The notes: a model not told the origin generated them from the sequence alone. 64,000 nucleotides of DNA from Eledone cirrhosa (GCA_964016885.1 CAXHJY010000206.1:1-64000); one strand, 5' to 3'; counted from the stretch's first letter, positions 27,858-40,708 are shown. Numbers and translations are program-made.

Positions 27858-30800
27858 ATCATCATCAGGTCGAGCTTGCTCAGCCCTCTACGACACGTTT
27901 CCTCCACCCATCTCTGTCACTCAGCGTTTGCCAGTTCTTCCGCAGTGCATCCAGTATCGTCCTCAAGTTGCTTGACGTATGTCTTTTTGGGACGACCAGT
28001 GTTTCTTGCTTCATGAGATGGACTCCATAACAACACATCACCCGCTATTTCTTCCTTGCTGCGCCAACAGTGGCCAGCAAATCTGAGTCTCTGTCCACGT
28101 ATTGACCTGCTGATAGTTGGTATATTGCCATAGAGATCCTTATTTGTTGGGTGTTCCCTCTAAGACACGTTTAACACAGCATGGAGCATAGGTGTGTATG
28201 CCCCGTCTAGCTTTTTCTCCAGTTTCGACGTTAGCGTCCAAGTGATAGAGCCATAAAAAGCACAGATTCCACAGCAGCTCTGAAGAAATTCCTTTTCAGT
28301 TTGGCCGGCAGGTTTGATTTCCATATTTTTTCCATTTCATTCAATGCTCCTCAGGCTTTTCCTAGTCTGATGTTAACATCATGTTCTGTGGAGACGATAT
28401 AGCTACCCAGGTATTTGAAGTCGTCAACTTGCTTGATTATATCGCCGTTTAGACTTCGCATACCTGTGGAGTCTTGGTTCAGGCAAATATATTCTGTTTT
28501 GCCTGCGTTGACATAGAGTCCGATTTCCTTTGCAACTGATTAGATGCTGTGAAGTAGTGATGTTGCATCCTCAAGATAGTCAGAGAGGACTGCTAAATCA
28601 TCCGCATAGTCAGCATCGGTGATTTTCTGAGCTGCATAGCGTCTACACTTTCACTTTGTGAGAGTGAAACGAAGCTCTAAGTTTTCGTCGAGGGCTTTTC
28701 TCAATACATATTCGAGGCAGATGATACAAATGTATGGTGCAAGAGTATCCCCTTGGAGTACTCATGCAATGATGTCAAAGAAGTTGGTATCTCCATCAGG
28801 TGAGCGCACCATTGCACGGGTGTTTTTATATAACATCATGATGGCATTTACTGTTTCCTTTGGCAAGCCGTAGGCTAGAACTATCTCTCTCATCCTCCCA
28901 CGATGGATGGAATCGAATGCTTTTGAAAAGTCAATAAACAGGAGAGTTGCTGGGAGGTTTTTGGCTTTTACGCCTTCCAAGATACGCCGAATAGTAAGTA
29001 TTTACCCTGATGTTGATCTGTTGGTGCGGAAGCCATTTTGGTTTTTTCTCAGCAAGGGTCAATGACAGGTCTTATTCTGTCAAACATCAAGAGATTGTAT
29101 ATCTTTGCGGCAATTGCCATTAGTGTTACGCCACGGTAGTTTTTAGCAATTCCAAGATCGCCCTTTTTGGGAAAAGGGACTATACATCCCTCAGTCCATT
29201 TATCTATAGGGTCTTGATTATAGACACCATTACACAACTCTAGTAGGATTGGGTGAAATTCAGGTACCTTCCACACTTCAGCTGGGATCTCGTCGAGTCC
29301 GCACGCTTTTCCGTTACCAATACTTTTCACTGCTTTCTATAGTTTCTCCATAGTGAAAGTACCTTTCTGTATTGGTGTTCCTCTGTAAAAACGGGTATTA
29401 TTTCTTCTTCGATGATCTGCCAAGTAGGTTCTAAAAATGTTGTTGCCACAGTTTTAAACGTTCGTCTTGACTGGAGGCTTTCAGTTTGGCTCTGTCAATA
29501 CTTTTTGTGCCACTAATTTCATTGACAGTTTGCCAGGCTTCAGCAGACTTCTTATTGCTGACAGTACTCGAGATATGATTGATCTTTCTCTGCATGTATT
29601 CGGCTTGCTCAATTTCATACTCACTTTTCAGTGCTGAACAAGTAGCATTGAAGTTACTAATGTTTTCTAGAGATCGTTGAGTGTCTTTCAATTCTGCAGC
29701 TTATCGTAACTCTTTGCGCTTTTTGCGTATCCTCTCTGTTTCCAAGGGCTTTCGTAGTTTAACCTTGGGTTTTAAAGGGATGGTGTCGGCCGCTGCCTCT
29801 TTGAATGCTATTTGAAAGTGCTTAAATGTAGAATTTGACGATTTTGTTGGCGCAGAGTCTTGTAGGGCAGCAAATCGGTTGGGTTACAAAGGTTTTGTAA
29901 GTCTCAGGATTGGTATTCAGAACTGCCCAGTTGTAAGGAGTAGCACTTGCAGATTTCTTTTTATCCACTCGGAGACCTAATCGTATCCTGGCCGAGACAA
30001 TGCGATGATCCGAGTCAACACTAACAAATGAGTCATATGCTCTGCAGCTTTTTGCGCTGTTCTTCCATTTTCGATTGATTATGATATATTCCAGTTGTGT
30101 CTTGTCGCCATTTGGAGATTTGTGTGTCCACCGCTGGCCTGGTCTTTCTTGGAATATGGCGTTGAGGCATCGTAAATTGTTCTCACACAAGTAATCTTTT
30201 AGCATACAACCGTTTCTATTGGTTTGTGAGTGGTGTGAGAATTTGAATCCATCAAGCTGTCCAAGAAGCGCATTGAAGTCTCCGCCAATGATGAGAACAT
30301 TATGTTTCGGGATTTGTCTAGTGAGTGATGTTAGTTCCATGTAAAACCTCTCTACTTCGGCCATGTCGCATACATTTGTTGGACTATAGCAAGAGATTAC
30401 AGTGGTTTTAGGATTCCCGTTAAACGTAGCTATCATTATCCTTTATGTTATCATTTCAACACTCGCAAGTGCATCATAGACTCGCGGGCTGAAAAGCATT
30501 CCAACTCCACCATTTGCTGCATTCGTGTTGTTTTTCCAAGCTGAGCAGGTTATCAGCCTCCAATTGCCAACTATTTGCTCCTTTGTTACACGCTCTTCAT
30601 GTATGAACCGGTGCTCCTGAAGACAGATAACATCATGGTTGGTCGCCCCTGCTGAAGCAATCAGTTCTGGGATTGTATGATCTTTCTGGAGTGTTTGAAC
30701 ATTGAGTGTACCAGCAAAGATGTCTTTCTTTCCGTGTACAAGTCAGGTTGGTTGTTTTCTCCGTGTATGTTTCCCAGTATCTGAGTCAGGCCACTCTCGA

Positions 30801-30952
30801 GTGCTACTAGTAACATGTAAGCCAGTACAATCTGTCGCATGGTCGGATCGTCGGCGACTAAACCGACAACCCCATCACGTTTACTTGGTGAGGAGGGTGA
30901 TTTGGGACATCCTGCAGGACAAAAAGAAAACCTGACAAAGGGCGGAAGAACT
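27858..30952 (-). mobile_element. Decayed near-full-length RTE-type LINE (APE + RT) with stops and frameshifts
   Basis: Fragment ORFs: NGNPKTTVISCYSPTN, IGGDFNA, SDHRIV (APE); GKACGLDEIPAE, NYRGVTL, FIDFSKAFDSI, YADD at 28597-28608; C-terminal LRFAGHCWR..GRPK; (TGA)n tail at ~27858. Confidence 0.92.
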
Positions 30953-30969
30953 CATAAATGTGTATATAG

Positions 30970-31021
<52 letters not shown>

Positions 31022-31347
31022 GTAGCCTTGGTCGGCAATCTGTCTTGGAGAGGGACCACTCTGATTTCAAAGCCGGTGCGGGCAGAGCTCTTTGGCCTTG
31101 ATAGGCAATCTGTCGAACCAATCCTGACTGGGTTAAACAACGACATTGGTAAGCAGGATATCGTATCAGTAGTTAAGGCAATGATCAAGTAACTGTGAAT
31201 TTGGTTCATACTACTAGTGGCAAGGCGATCATATCAACTATTGTTGGATGTTTCGGTGAGGCACAACCGCTCTAATACTGAGTACTGCTTTCACTTGTAT
31301 GGAGTAGCGACCGCAAGTGTATATCCACCTATTGAAAGCTAAATATG

Positions 31348-31392
<45 letters not shown>

Positions 31393-31397
31393 ATGAA

Positions 31398-31436
<39 letters not shown>

Positions 31437-31680
31437 ATGAATATATGCATATATATATATGTATATATATATATAAAATGTTTGTGTGAGAAATGTAGCT
31501 GTAAAATATGCTATCACTTATATAGGCTGTAAACGTAATTTGATACAAATCAATATACGTGCTGTAGCGCCAAATTACATGCACACACACGTATATATAT
31601 ATATATATACTGACATATATGTGTATATATAACTATATATTGAGAACGAGAGATACATATATACACATACATGTATATAT

Positions 31681-31721
<41 letters not shown>

Positions 31722-31817
31722 CACACACATATATACACACATATATACACACATATATACACACATATACACACATATACACACACATACACACACATAC
31801 TATAATTACATACTTAC

Positions 31818-31857
<40 letters not shown>

Positions 31858-32014
31858 TTTCGTTGCTTGTAATTTTAGAATTATCTGGAAATTCATTGGT
31901 TTGAGCGTTTGTGATGTTCTCACGTGTTACACCTCTTTCACTTCTGTCAAAAGTAAATGTGTTTTAACTCCTTAAGCTACAAATTCATTTAGGCAATGCC
32001 CGAAGAAACTTGCC

Positions 32015-33300
32015 AATTGTGTGTATGTATGTTTGTGTGTGTGTGGAAGTGAGTGTGTGTGCGCGCGTGTGTGTGTGCGCGCGTGTGTGCGTGTGTGTGT
32101 GTGTTTGTGTGTGTGGAAGTGAGTGTGTACGTGAAGTGAGAGTGTATGTTTGTGTGTGTGGAAGTGAGAGTGTGTACGCGAAGTGAGTGTGTGTGTGCGC
32201 GTATGTGCGTGTGTGTGTGTGTGTGTTTGTGTGTGTGGAAGTGAGTGTGTACGCGAAGTGAGTGTGTATGCCAAGTGAGAGTGTGTACGTGAAGTGAGTG
32301 TATGTGAGTGTGTGTGTGTTTGTGTGTGTGGAAGTGAGAGTGTGTACGCGAAGTGAGAGTGTGTGTATGTGGCTGAGCGAATCTTTGTATGTGTAAATTT
32401 GTGTATGTGTTTGCCTGTATGAGTGAGGGTGTGAACATGTATGAGAATATGTGTGCATGTGTGTGTAAGAGAGAAGGTTTGTGTGTCGATGTATATTTGA
32501 AATACTCACTCACCCAATTACACAAATATACATCGACACACACACACCCTGTCTCTCACTTCCACACACACGTGCTCATTTAACATACACATTCATTCAT
32601 ACAGACACGCATATACACATTGAAATACTCACTCACCCAATTACACAATGTGTATATGTGTGTCTGTATGAATGAATGCGTATGTTAAATGAGCACGTGT
32701 GTGTGGAAGTGAGAGACAGGGTGTGTGTGTGTCGATGTTTATGTGTGTATGTGTTTGTGGGTGAGCGAATGTTTTAATGTGTATGTGTAATTTGTGTATG
32801 TGTGTGGCTGTATCAGTGAGTGTGCGTCGAGGTATATGTGTGTACGTGCATGTGTGTGAGCGAATGTTTGTATGTGGAACAGAGTGTATGTGTGTGCCTG
32901 TGTATGTGGGTGAGTGAGTGTTTGTATGTGTAAATTTGTGTATGTATGTGGAAGAGATGTGGGTGTGTGTGCCTGCATATGCGTGTGAGCGAGTGTTTCA
33001 AAGTGTATGTGTAAATTTGTGTATATGGGTATGTCTGTATGAGAGTGTCTGCGTGAAATGTGCACGTGTGTGTGTGTGGCAGAGAGAGTGAGAGAGTGTC
33101 TCGATCTATATGTGTGTATGTGGGTGAGCGAGTGTGTCAATGTGCGTGAGTAAATTTGTGTATGTATGAGTGAGTCTGCGTGTGTGTAACTGAGTGTGTG
33201 AGAATTTGTTTGTGTGGATGTATGTGTTAGTGTGTGTGCATGTGTGTGTATGAGACTTTGTATGTATTTATGCATGTGTGTTAGTGTGTGTGTATGTGTG
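32015..33300. repeat. Cryptic (GT)n low-complexity tract containing a local inverted duplication (32481-32737)
   Basis: Directly visible. Confidence 0.85.
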
Positions 33301-33789
33301 AATTCTGTCAGGAATATATTTGAAGTAAATACAAAGGAAAATTCTCCGATGTTTTAACCATGGTACTACTACAACTAATACTACTACTACTACTACTACT
33401 GATGATGAGTAATATTATTGTTGTTGTTCTTGTTTCTTTTGTTGTTGTTGTTGTGAACATGTATTCAAAATATAGGAAATGTTAATTGCATTGAGTCTGG
33501 CATTCGACATGAAATATGTCAAGATAGAAATTGAGTGTTAGTTTTAGTACTATAAATTTTGGTATTAACCCTCCCGAGTGTAGCTTTATGCTTTAGTTGT
33601 GTTAAAGAATAAAACAGCTCTACAAGCAGTGACGTGTTGTGTTATGAAACCACGTTAACTGTTCACATTGCTTAATAGAATATTTCTATCTATGGTGACT
33701 GACAAGTCGGCCATCTGCACTTACACGTTTCTTCTCCAGATCTCTATCTGACATCAACATTCTGAGCTCTCCTACACTACCCACTAAAG

Positions 33790-34289
33790 CAGAATTTCTC
33801 AAACCTTTTGGGCCACCCCATCCCTCATGGCCACGTAATATCCTCAGCACCCCCGCCTCTATAACCTGTCCACACGCAAATTGTAAATAATATATACTAT
33901 ATAAAATCGTTAATTTATATATAATAAATAATATAATTGTTTCTACTTTTCGCACAAGGCCAGCGATTTCCAGTGCATTACTGGTACTTTATTTTATCGA
34001 CCCCGTAAGAAAGGCAAACTTAACCTCAGCAGGATTTGAACTCAGACCGTAAAGGGTCGTAACTCTATGCTGCAAAGCCTGGCATCGGACCCTTTACCGA
34101 TACAGTCAATCTACTACTAATTATAAATAAATATTATATATTTTTAATTTTACTCTATTTATATATATGTATCATTTGATATTTAATATACTATTATACG
34201 CTCTCTATTGACCCCTTAGGCTCCAGTGCCCACCATGGACCTTCTCAATGCCCCCCGAAGGGCGCTAGCGCCCACTTTGAGAACCACTA
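33790..34289. mobile_element. hAT/Charlie-type non-autonomous DNA transposon (MITE) carrying a nested SINE
   Basis: Imperfect TIRs cagaatttctcaaa / tttgagaaccacta; 8-bp TSD-like cactaaag (33782-33789) and cgctagag (34290-34297) with a central TA. Confidence 0.7.
33934..34116 (-). mobile_element. SINE S1 copy inside the MITE
   Basis: Reverse-complement match to S1. Confidence 0.85.
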
Positions 34290-34410
34290 CGCTAGAGTAT
34301 CTTCCAGAAGGCTATCAATGTGATTTACTTCCCTTCTACCCCTATTTGTATATCCATATGATGGTACCCATAGAAGAAAATCACATGATATCTCCTCATG
34401 ACGAGTTATT

Positions 34411-34595
34411 AATTGTTTCTACTTTTGGTACAAAGCTAGCAATTAACCAGTACACTACTAGTACTTTATTTTATCGACCCCGTAAAGATGAAAGGCAAAG
34501 TGAACTTCGGCGGGATTTGAACTCACCCCGTACAGGGACGTAACTGTGTGGCAAAGCATGACGTCCGACCCTCTACCGATATTGCCAATCCACCA
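34411..34595 (-). mobile_element. SINE S1 copy; its head is duplicated again at 34758-34877
   Basis: Reverse-complement match to S1; part of the tandem duplication 34475-34757/34758-35015. Confidence 0.85.
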
Positions 34596-34914
34596 ATAAT
34601 TCGTAATTTAGTCATCTATCATATTTTATTTAGAGTTCTTCTGAAGTGTCTTTGGAGTAACGTTACTCGATAAGGTGCGTAGGTCAGAGATGAGAGAGTC
34701 ACTCGAGGGAGAACCACTACTTTTCTGTTCCGAATTGAGAGATCACAGCTCCGATACCGACCCCGTAAAGATGAAAGGCAAAGTGAACTTCGGCGGGATT
34801 TGAACTCACCCCTACATGGACGTAACTGTGTGGCAAAGCATGACGTCCGACCCTCTACCGATATTGCCAATCCACCAATAATTCGTAATTTAGTCATCTA
34901 TCATATTTTATTTA

Positions 34915-35270
34915 GAGTTCTTCTGAAGTGTCTTTGGAGTAACGTTACTGAGAGAGTCACTCGAGGGAGAACCACTACTTTTCTGTTCCGAATTGAGAGA
35001 TCACAGCTCCGATACTATGGACATGTGGTTAGAATGTCTCAGGAAATAATCACTGGTCATAATTTACGGGCAAAACCAACCGGTAGGAGACCCAGAGGTA
35101 GACCCCGAGAAAGATGGTTGGATAACATCCACGAGCTTGGATGGTCTCGCTTGGAGATCCAGCAGAATCAGTCGTAGACGGTTGCTTCTGACAGGACCCA
35201 CTGGAAGGAGAGTTTCAGGACTCTGTCCTCATGACCCTCTCAGGAATAAAGGGGCGAAGAAACATTGACC
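34915..35270 (+). mobile_element. RTE-type LINE 3'-end fragment
   Basis: RIERSQLRYYGHVVRM..GRRPRGRPRERWLD matches the RTE C-terminal signature. Confidence 0.8.
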
Positions 35271-35405
35271 AACTTCAAATACCTTCGTTACATTTATCAA
35301 ATGAGTCTCTTCTAACTTCCACTTTAGTTCGGCCTCCCTCCCTCTCTCTCTCTCCCTCTCTCTCTCACTCACCCTCTCTCTCACTCCCTCTCGCTCTCCC
35401 TCTAT

Positions 35406-35464
<59 letters not shown>

Positions 35465-35695
35465 ATATATATATTATAAGCACAGATTAAAGTTTAAGCA
35501 AAGAATCGGTACTTTCATCCTTAACGGGATCTTCTTATATATATATATATATATTATATATATATATATCTATATTATTTAAACGTATGTTATTTCTCTA
35601 AGGACCTACCCTCATCGAGTGCTTTGCTAACTCATTCATATTGTAGGTCGAATTTGCTTGCCCACAGCCAAAGATTCGATTTTAATAAGCCTTCA

Positions 35696-35737
<42 letters not shown>

Positions 35738-35792
35738 CCTGAGGTTTTTTTACAACATGAAAAAGAAACGAGGTGTTCTACACGAGTGAAAG

Positions 35793-36072
35793 TATAAGGA
35801 AAGAAAATGAAATGGATAATGCAACTGGAGTCTTTTTTTACTTACAAAAAAAATATATATATTTGGTTCCTTTACCGGTTTCGCTGTTCTTTTGCTTTTC
35901 AAAAATAGAATTGAGATGGAGGGTTTGTGGATTTTCTGAGAAAAACCACAAACCCTCCATTTCAATTCTACTTTTGAAAAGCACAAGAACGGCGAAACCG
36001 ATAAAGGAACCAAATAGATATATTTAAAATAAAAAAGACTCCAGTTGTATTTTCGATTTCATATTTTTTCCT

Positions 36073-36076
<4 letters not shown>
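35793..36076. repeat. Nearly loop-less inverted repeat, ~140-bp arms, each with a variant hammerhead motif (35870-35905 minus, 35971-36006 plus)
   Basis: Centre at ~35938. Each arm reads (c/u)uu UUGAAAA gc-N9-gc GAA ACCG(G/A)U A aag. Confidence 0.8.
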
Positions 36077-36107
<31 letters not shown>

Positions 36108-36189
36108 CTGTGTGTGAACCATCACACAAACAGATTAAGCTGCAAATATACACATTTATTGAGTACTTTATTTACATTCTGGATTTAAA

Positions 36190-37080
36190 GATACATCCCT
36201 GATGTGCTTTGAGATAATCATATATTCAACACACTGTTTACAGCGAATTCTGTGTATGTTGCTGTATTATCGGAGTTCCTCTACAATTCTTCCCCGTCTC
36301 GTTCTTCAGCTTCCCCCAAACGTCGACAAGCTTTCGACAAAGTTCTTTAAATTGGGAGAGGGAGACATGTTGCGAATCATTCTATTTCAGATATAATTAA
36401 TAACCGAACAGAATTTGAATAGGAAATACTCTTTTATTTATATTAATATCCGATACATTCTAATTTCCTACATGTCACAACATTTATAACATTGCTTGCT
36501 ATCCTTTATCGAAAACTAGGAGAAATTTCTAAGGATATTATGGAGATTCTTATCGAAATCTACATAATATAGTTTCACTTTCTCAGAACACTCTTTTCAC
36601 AAAGTAAAATCTGCGTACATGTAGATTCATAAGATGATGTACCGATTTCCATCGATATTTCTCACTGTTGAATATATATTAATATTTAAAATCGATACTT
36701 ATCTGTGTTTGAATATCTCACTGTATTTCTGGTTTACAAGCGTTATAATAGGGTTTGCAATCAAATAGGACTCACCAGCAAATAATATATATCCTCATTT
36801 ATTGGATTGTTGCTTCAAAACATATTTGTTACATTTATGTATGTCTTACATTATGCATCTGATATAAAATCGGTATTTGCTTCTTTGAAACAAGCGTCGA
36901 TATATATAGGTTGATACATATTTTTGTACGTGTAAAAGAAACAGATATTATAAGTCAACAGAAAAAAATCACGCTAGTAAGAGAATCGAAGGGATTGATT
37001 TTATTGCTAATCCCAATACAGACCAGATTGATCGAAGGTATTTCAGCAACGACAATCCTGTTACCATACATAATATTACT
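36190..37080 (-). pseudogene. Possible highly decayed Penelope-like RT/GIY-YIG remnant
   Basis: Minus-strand motif relics in the expected order: GLAIKSIPSILL (~37013, cf. GxxMGSPLSP), YIDA (~36900, cf. YIDD), SNIHRIRCKQC (~36250, cf. VYxIxCxxC). Weak evidence. Confidence 0.35.
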
Positions 37081-37120
37081 CACTCTACAATATCCTTAGT
37101 TCCCCTTCTTTATATACATT

Positions 37121-37500
37121 GGTGGATTGGCAGTATCGGTTGAGCGTTTGATACCATGCTTTGCAGCATAGAGTTATGACATCTTTACGTTCTGAGTTCA
37201 AATCCCGCTGAGGTTAACTTTGCCTTACGGGGTCGATAAAATAAGGTACCAATAATTGTTTCTACTTTAGGCACAAGGCCAGCAATTATCCAGTGCATTA
37301 CTGGTACTTTATTTTATCGACCCCGTAAGGATGAAAGGCAAAGTCAACCTCGGCGGGATTTGAACTCAGATCGTAAAGGGACGTAACTATGCTGGAAAGC
37401 ATGGCGTCTGACCCTCTACCGATACTGCCAATCCACCAAAATAAGGTACCAATAATGCACTGGGGATATTGCTGGCCTCTTGACAAAAGTAGAAACAATT
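37121..37500 (+). mobile_element. SINE S1 copy interrupted by an antiparallel S1 copy (37257-37437)
   Basis: 19-bp TSD aaaataaggtaccaataat at 37238-37256 and 37438-37456. Confidence 0.92.
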
Positions 37501-37515
37501 ACATTATATGGTTTG

Positions 37516-37550
<35 letters not shown>

Positions 37551-37633
37551 TATCATCTCTATAACCACGATCATCACCATGACCATCTTTATTATTACCA
37601 TACCCACCTTCATTATTATCGCTACCAAAAGTC

Positions 37634-37820
37634 GGTGGATTGGCAGATTCGGTAGAGGGACGGATGCCATGCTTTGCGGCAAAGAGTTACGGCTCTTTAT
37701 GGCCTGAGTTTAAATCCCGCCAAGGTTAACTTTGCCTTTCATCCTTACGCGGTCGATAAAATAAAGTACCAGTACTACACTGGGATATTGCTGTCCTTGT
37801 GCCAAAAGTAGAAACAATTA
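37634..37820 (+). mobile_element. SINE S1, full-length copy
   Basis: Match to S1. Confidence 0.85.
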
Positions 37821-37928
37821 TATTATATGGTTTAATTAAGTTTCTGCTGCCATATTTGGCAACTACATTGACCACTTTGAGAAATATTTATTGGTTGGTT
37901 TGCAATAAAAAAGGCCAAATAAATACCC

Positions 37929-38250
37929 CTCGTCTGGGATACCACTTGCAGCGACAATTTCTCCACCCGCAACCTGTTGCAGTCTGCGACTAACCCAGGT
38001 TTTGCTGCACGTCATGCTGAGGAAGTCAAACTCCTCAAATACCGGTCGCTGTCTTGGCAGTAGAGAATTCTGGTGTCCTCGGCCCTATCGCTACCTCCCT
38101 ACTCACAACCATAGAGGTTGAGCTGTCCAGTATCAGGTGTGAGCCTCGCGAGTTGGAATGGCTCTTCCAGCACATCTCCCTTACCATCTTCCGGGGAAAC
38201 GCCTTCTCCATTTTGTCCACCGGGGCTGAGGGGAGGCCACCAATATGATT
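37929..38250 (+). mobile_element. 3' fragment of a CRE-like LINE (restriction-like endonuclease domain), frameshifted
   Basis: LVWDTTCSD..AARHAEEVKLLKY, then in another frame AVENSGVLG..FQHISLTIFRGNAFSIL; this resembles the RLE C-terminus of CRE-type non-LTR elements. Confidence 0.75.
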
Positions 38251-38767
38251 ACTTAACCCTTTCATTACCATATTTCTAATTCAATTTAAATCAGACATGT
38301 TCAGTCAGTTACAACAATTACGTACATAATTATATATGAGCGTTTTATACAACAATCTAGAGTTTTCGTTATTAAATCAAGACTTAATTATTTTATTAAA
38401 TCTTAGATATGAAACATTATAAAGATCGTAGTTGTCAGTTTATAGATCATATATCAAACGTAAAGAAAATGAAGAAACATATAGAAATACAAACAACAAA
38501 ACATGGAAACACGTAAACATTCCATTGAAATCAAATATTATTGAAAGGAAATATGAAATATAAAAACCAATCTCAATTTTGGAAATATATAAATAACAGA
38601 CAGAATAGAAAAGAGTGTATAGAAAAACATAGACGTATTTGTATATATATTTGTGTATATATATATATATATATATATGTATGCCAAATCATTTGTGCAA
38701 TTGTGAATGTATGTGCGCATCTATACAAATATAAATATGTATAGGTGTATATATACATAGGTATATT

Positions 38768-38818
<51 letters not shown>

Positions 38819-38834
38819 GCGTATATATATACGT

Positions 38835-38880
<46 letters not shown>

Positions 38881-38964
38881 GTATATTCATACGTATATAT
38901 GCACACACATATACATGCTTATATATATATATGTGTATATACATGCGTATATATACATATACAT

Positions 38965-39018
<54 letters not shown>

Positions 39019-39415
39019 ATGTGTGCATGTGTATGAAATCAGTTATAAAAATATGAATGTATATTTGCATAGATATGTATAGAATACATATATACATTTT
39101 TTTTTGTTTCGTATTTCTGTATTAAATCATCTATGTAAATGAAAGATGTGTAGGATTGTGTATGTGTCTGCATGCGTGTTCTTGTGTGTAATGTATGTTT
39201 GTGCATGTGTATGAACTGCGTGTGAGAACTGAAACATTCACTGTTTTGACTCGGAAAAGCATTTCCGCATTTGCCGTGAATATGGGATATAGTCACAATA
39301 ATTTCAAACATTTCCGTCACAGCTCTCGTCATCATATTTAGCGTCATTTTCAATAGCTTCATACATTACACGTTCATCATCATCATCATCGTCGTCATCA
39401 TCATTATTATAATTA

Positions 39416-39644
39416 TAATGGTTTCTTATTTAGGCGCAAGGCTAGCAATTTGGGGAGGGTGGGTCGGTCGAGGGGGAAAATCGATTAAATCGACCCCAGT
39501 ACGTTACTGGTGCTTTATTTTATCGACCCCCGTAAAGCTGAAAGGCAAAGTTAACCTCGGTGGGATTTGAACTCAGCCTGTAAAGGGGCGTGACTCCATT
39601 GGCGGTGGATTGGCAGTATCAGTGTCGGACGACATGCTTTGCAT
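39416..39644 (-). mobile_element. SINE S1 long-tail variant with an inverted 5' head
   Basis: The body is on the minus strand to ~39598; the head ggtggattggcagtatc..catgctttgcata is on the plus strand at 39604-39644. Confidence 0.75.
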
Positions 39645-40204
39645 AAATATATATATATATATTTATATATATATGCATATATATATATAAATATATATAT
39701 ATGCATATATATATAAATATATATATGCATATATATATAAATATATATATATAAATATATATATATGCATATATATATATATATGCATATATATATAAAT
39801 ATATATATATATGCAAATATATATATAAATATATATATATGCATATATATATATATATGCATATATATATAAATATATATATATATGCAAATATATATAT
39901 AAATATATATATATATGCAAATATATATATAAATATATTTATATATATATATATATGCAAATATATATATATATTTATATATAAATATATTTATATATAT
40001 ATATGCAAATATATATATATATTTATATATACATATATTTATATATATGCAAATATATATATATATTTATATATATATATATTTATATATATATATGCAA
40101 ATATATATATAAATATATTTATATATATATATGCAAATATATATATTTATTTATATATATATTTATATATATATTTATATATATATATATTTATATATAT
40201 ATGC

Positions 40205-40237
<33 letters not shown>

Positions 40238-40315
40238 CATATATTTATACTTATATATATATGTGTGTGTGTGTGTGTGGGTATCACTCTCTCACTTCCT
40301 CTTTCTCTCACACAC

Positions 40316-40348
<33 letters not shown>

Positions 40349-40708
40349 AATATATACATACATATATATATATATACACACACACACATTGACTTCATTT
40401 AAAACTTATATACATAATACCTTGCTTTTTGAATACTGTTGCAATTATGCTCCCAGTTATTAAATATATATAGAAATCGAGAAATAATAGATTTAGCTGA
40501 AATAATTCTAACGGTTGCCAATCGAGCCCGGGAGTTTACAGAACCCAGCACGCCAGAAATATTTCTCCCACACCGCCTGGGAATGCATCATTGGGGTAGC
40601 GATGTTTGAGTAATCATTCACACTTTACTGTTGTATCTCATGAATGTGCTTGTATTTATTCAACGTGTGTCTTGTAAGAACAAGACAAACTTTAAATATC
40701 TTATTATT

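Noticed and set aside
30860-30955. HDV-like ribozyme in the RTE 5' UTR (UCCUCAC resembles L3)
   Set aside because: No P3' or P1' complement follows the putative loop.
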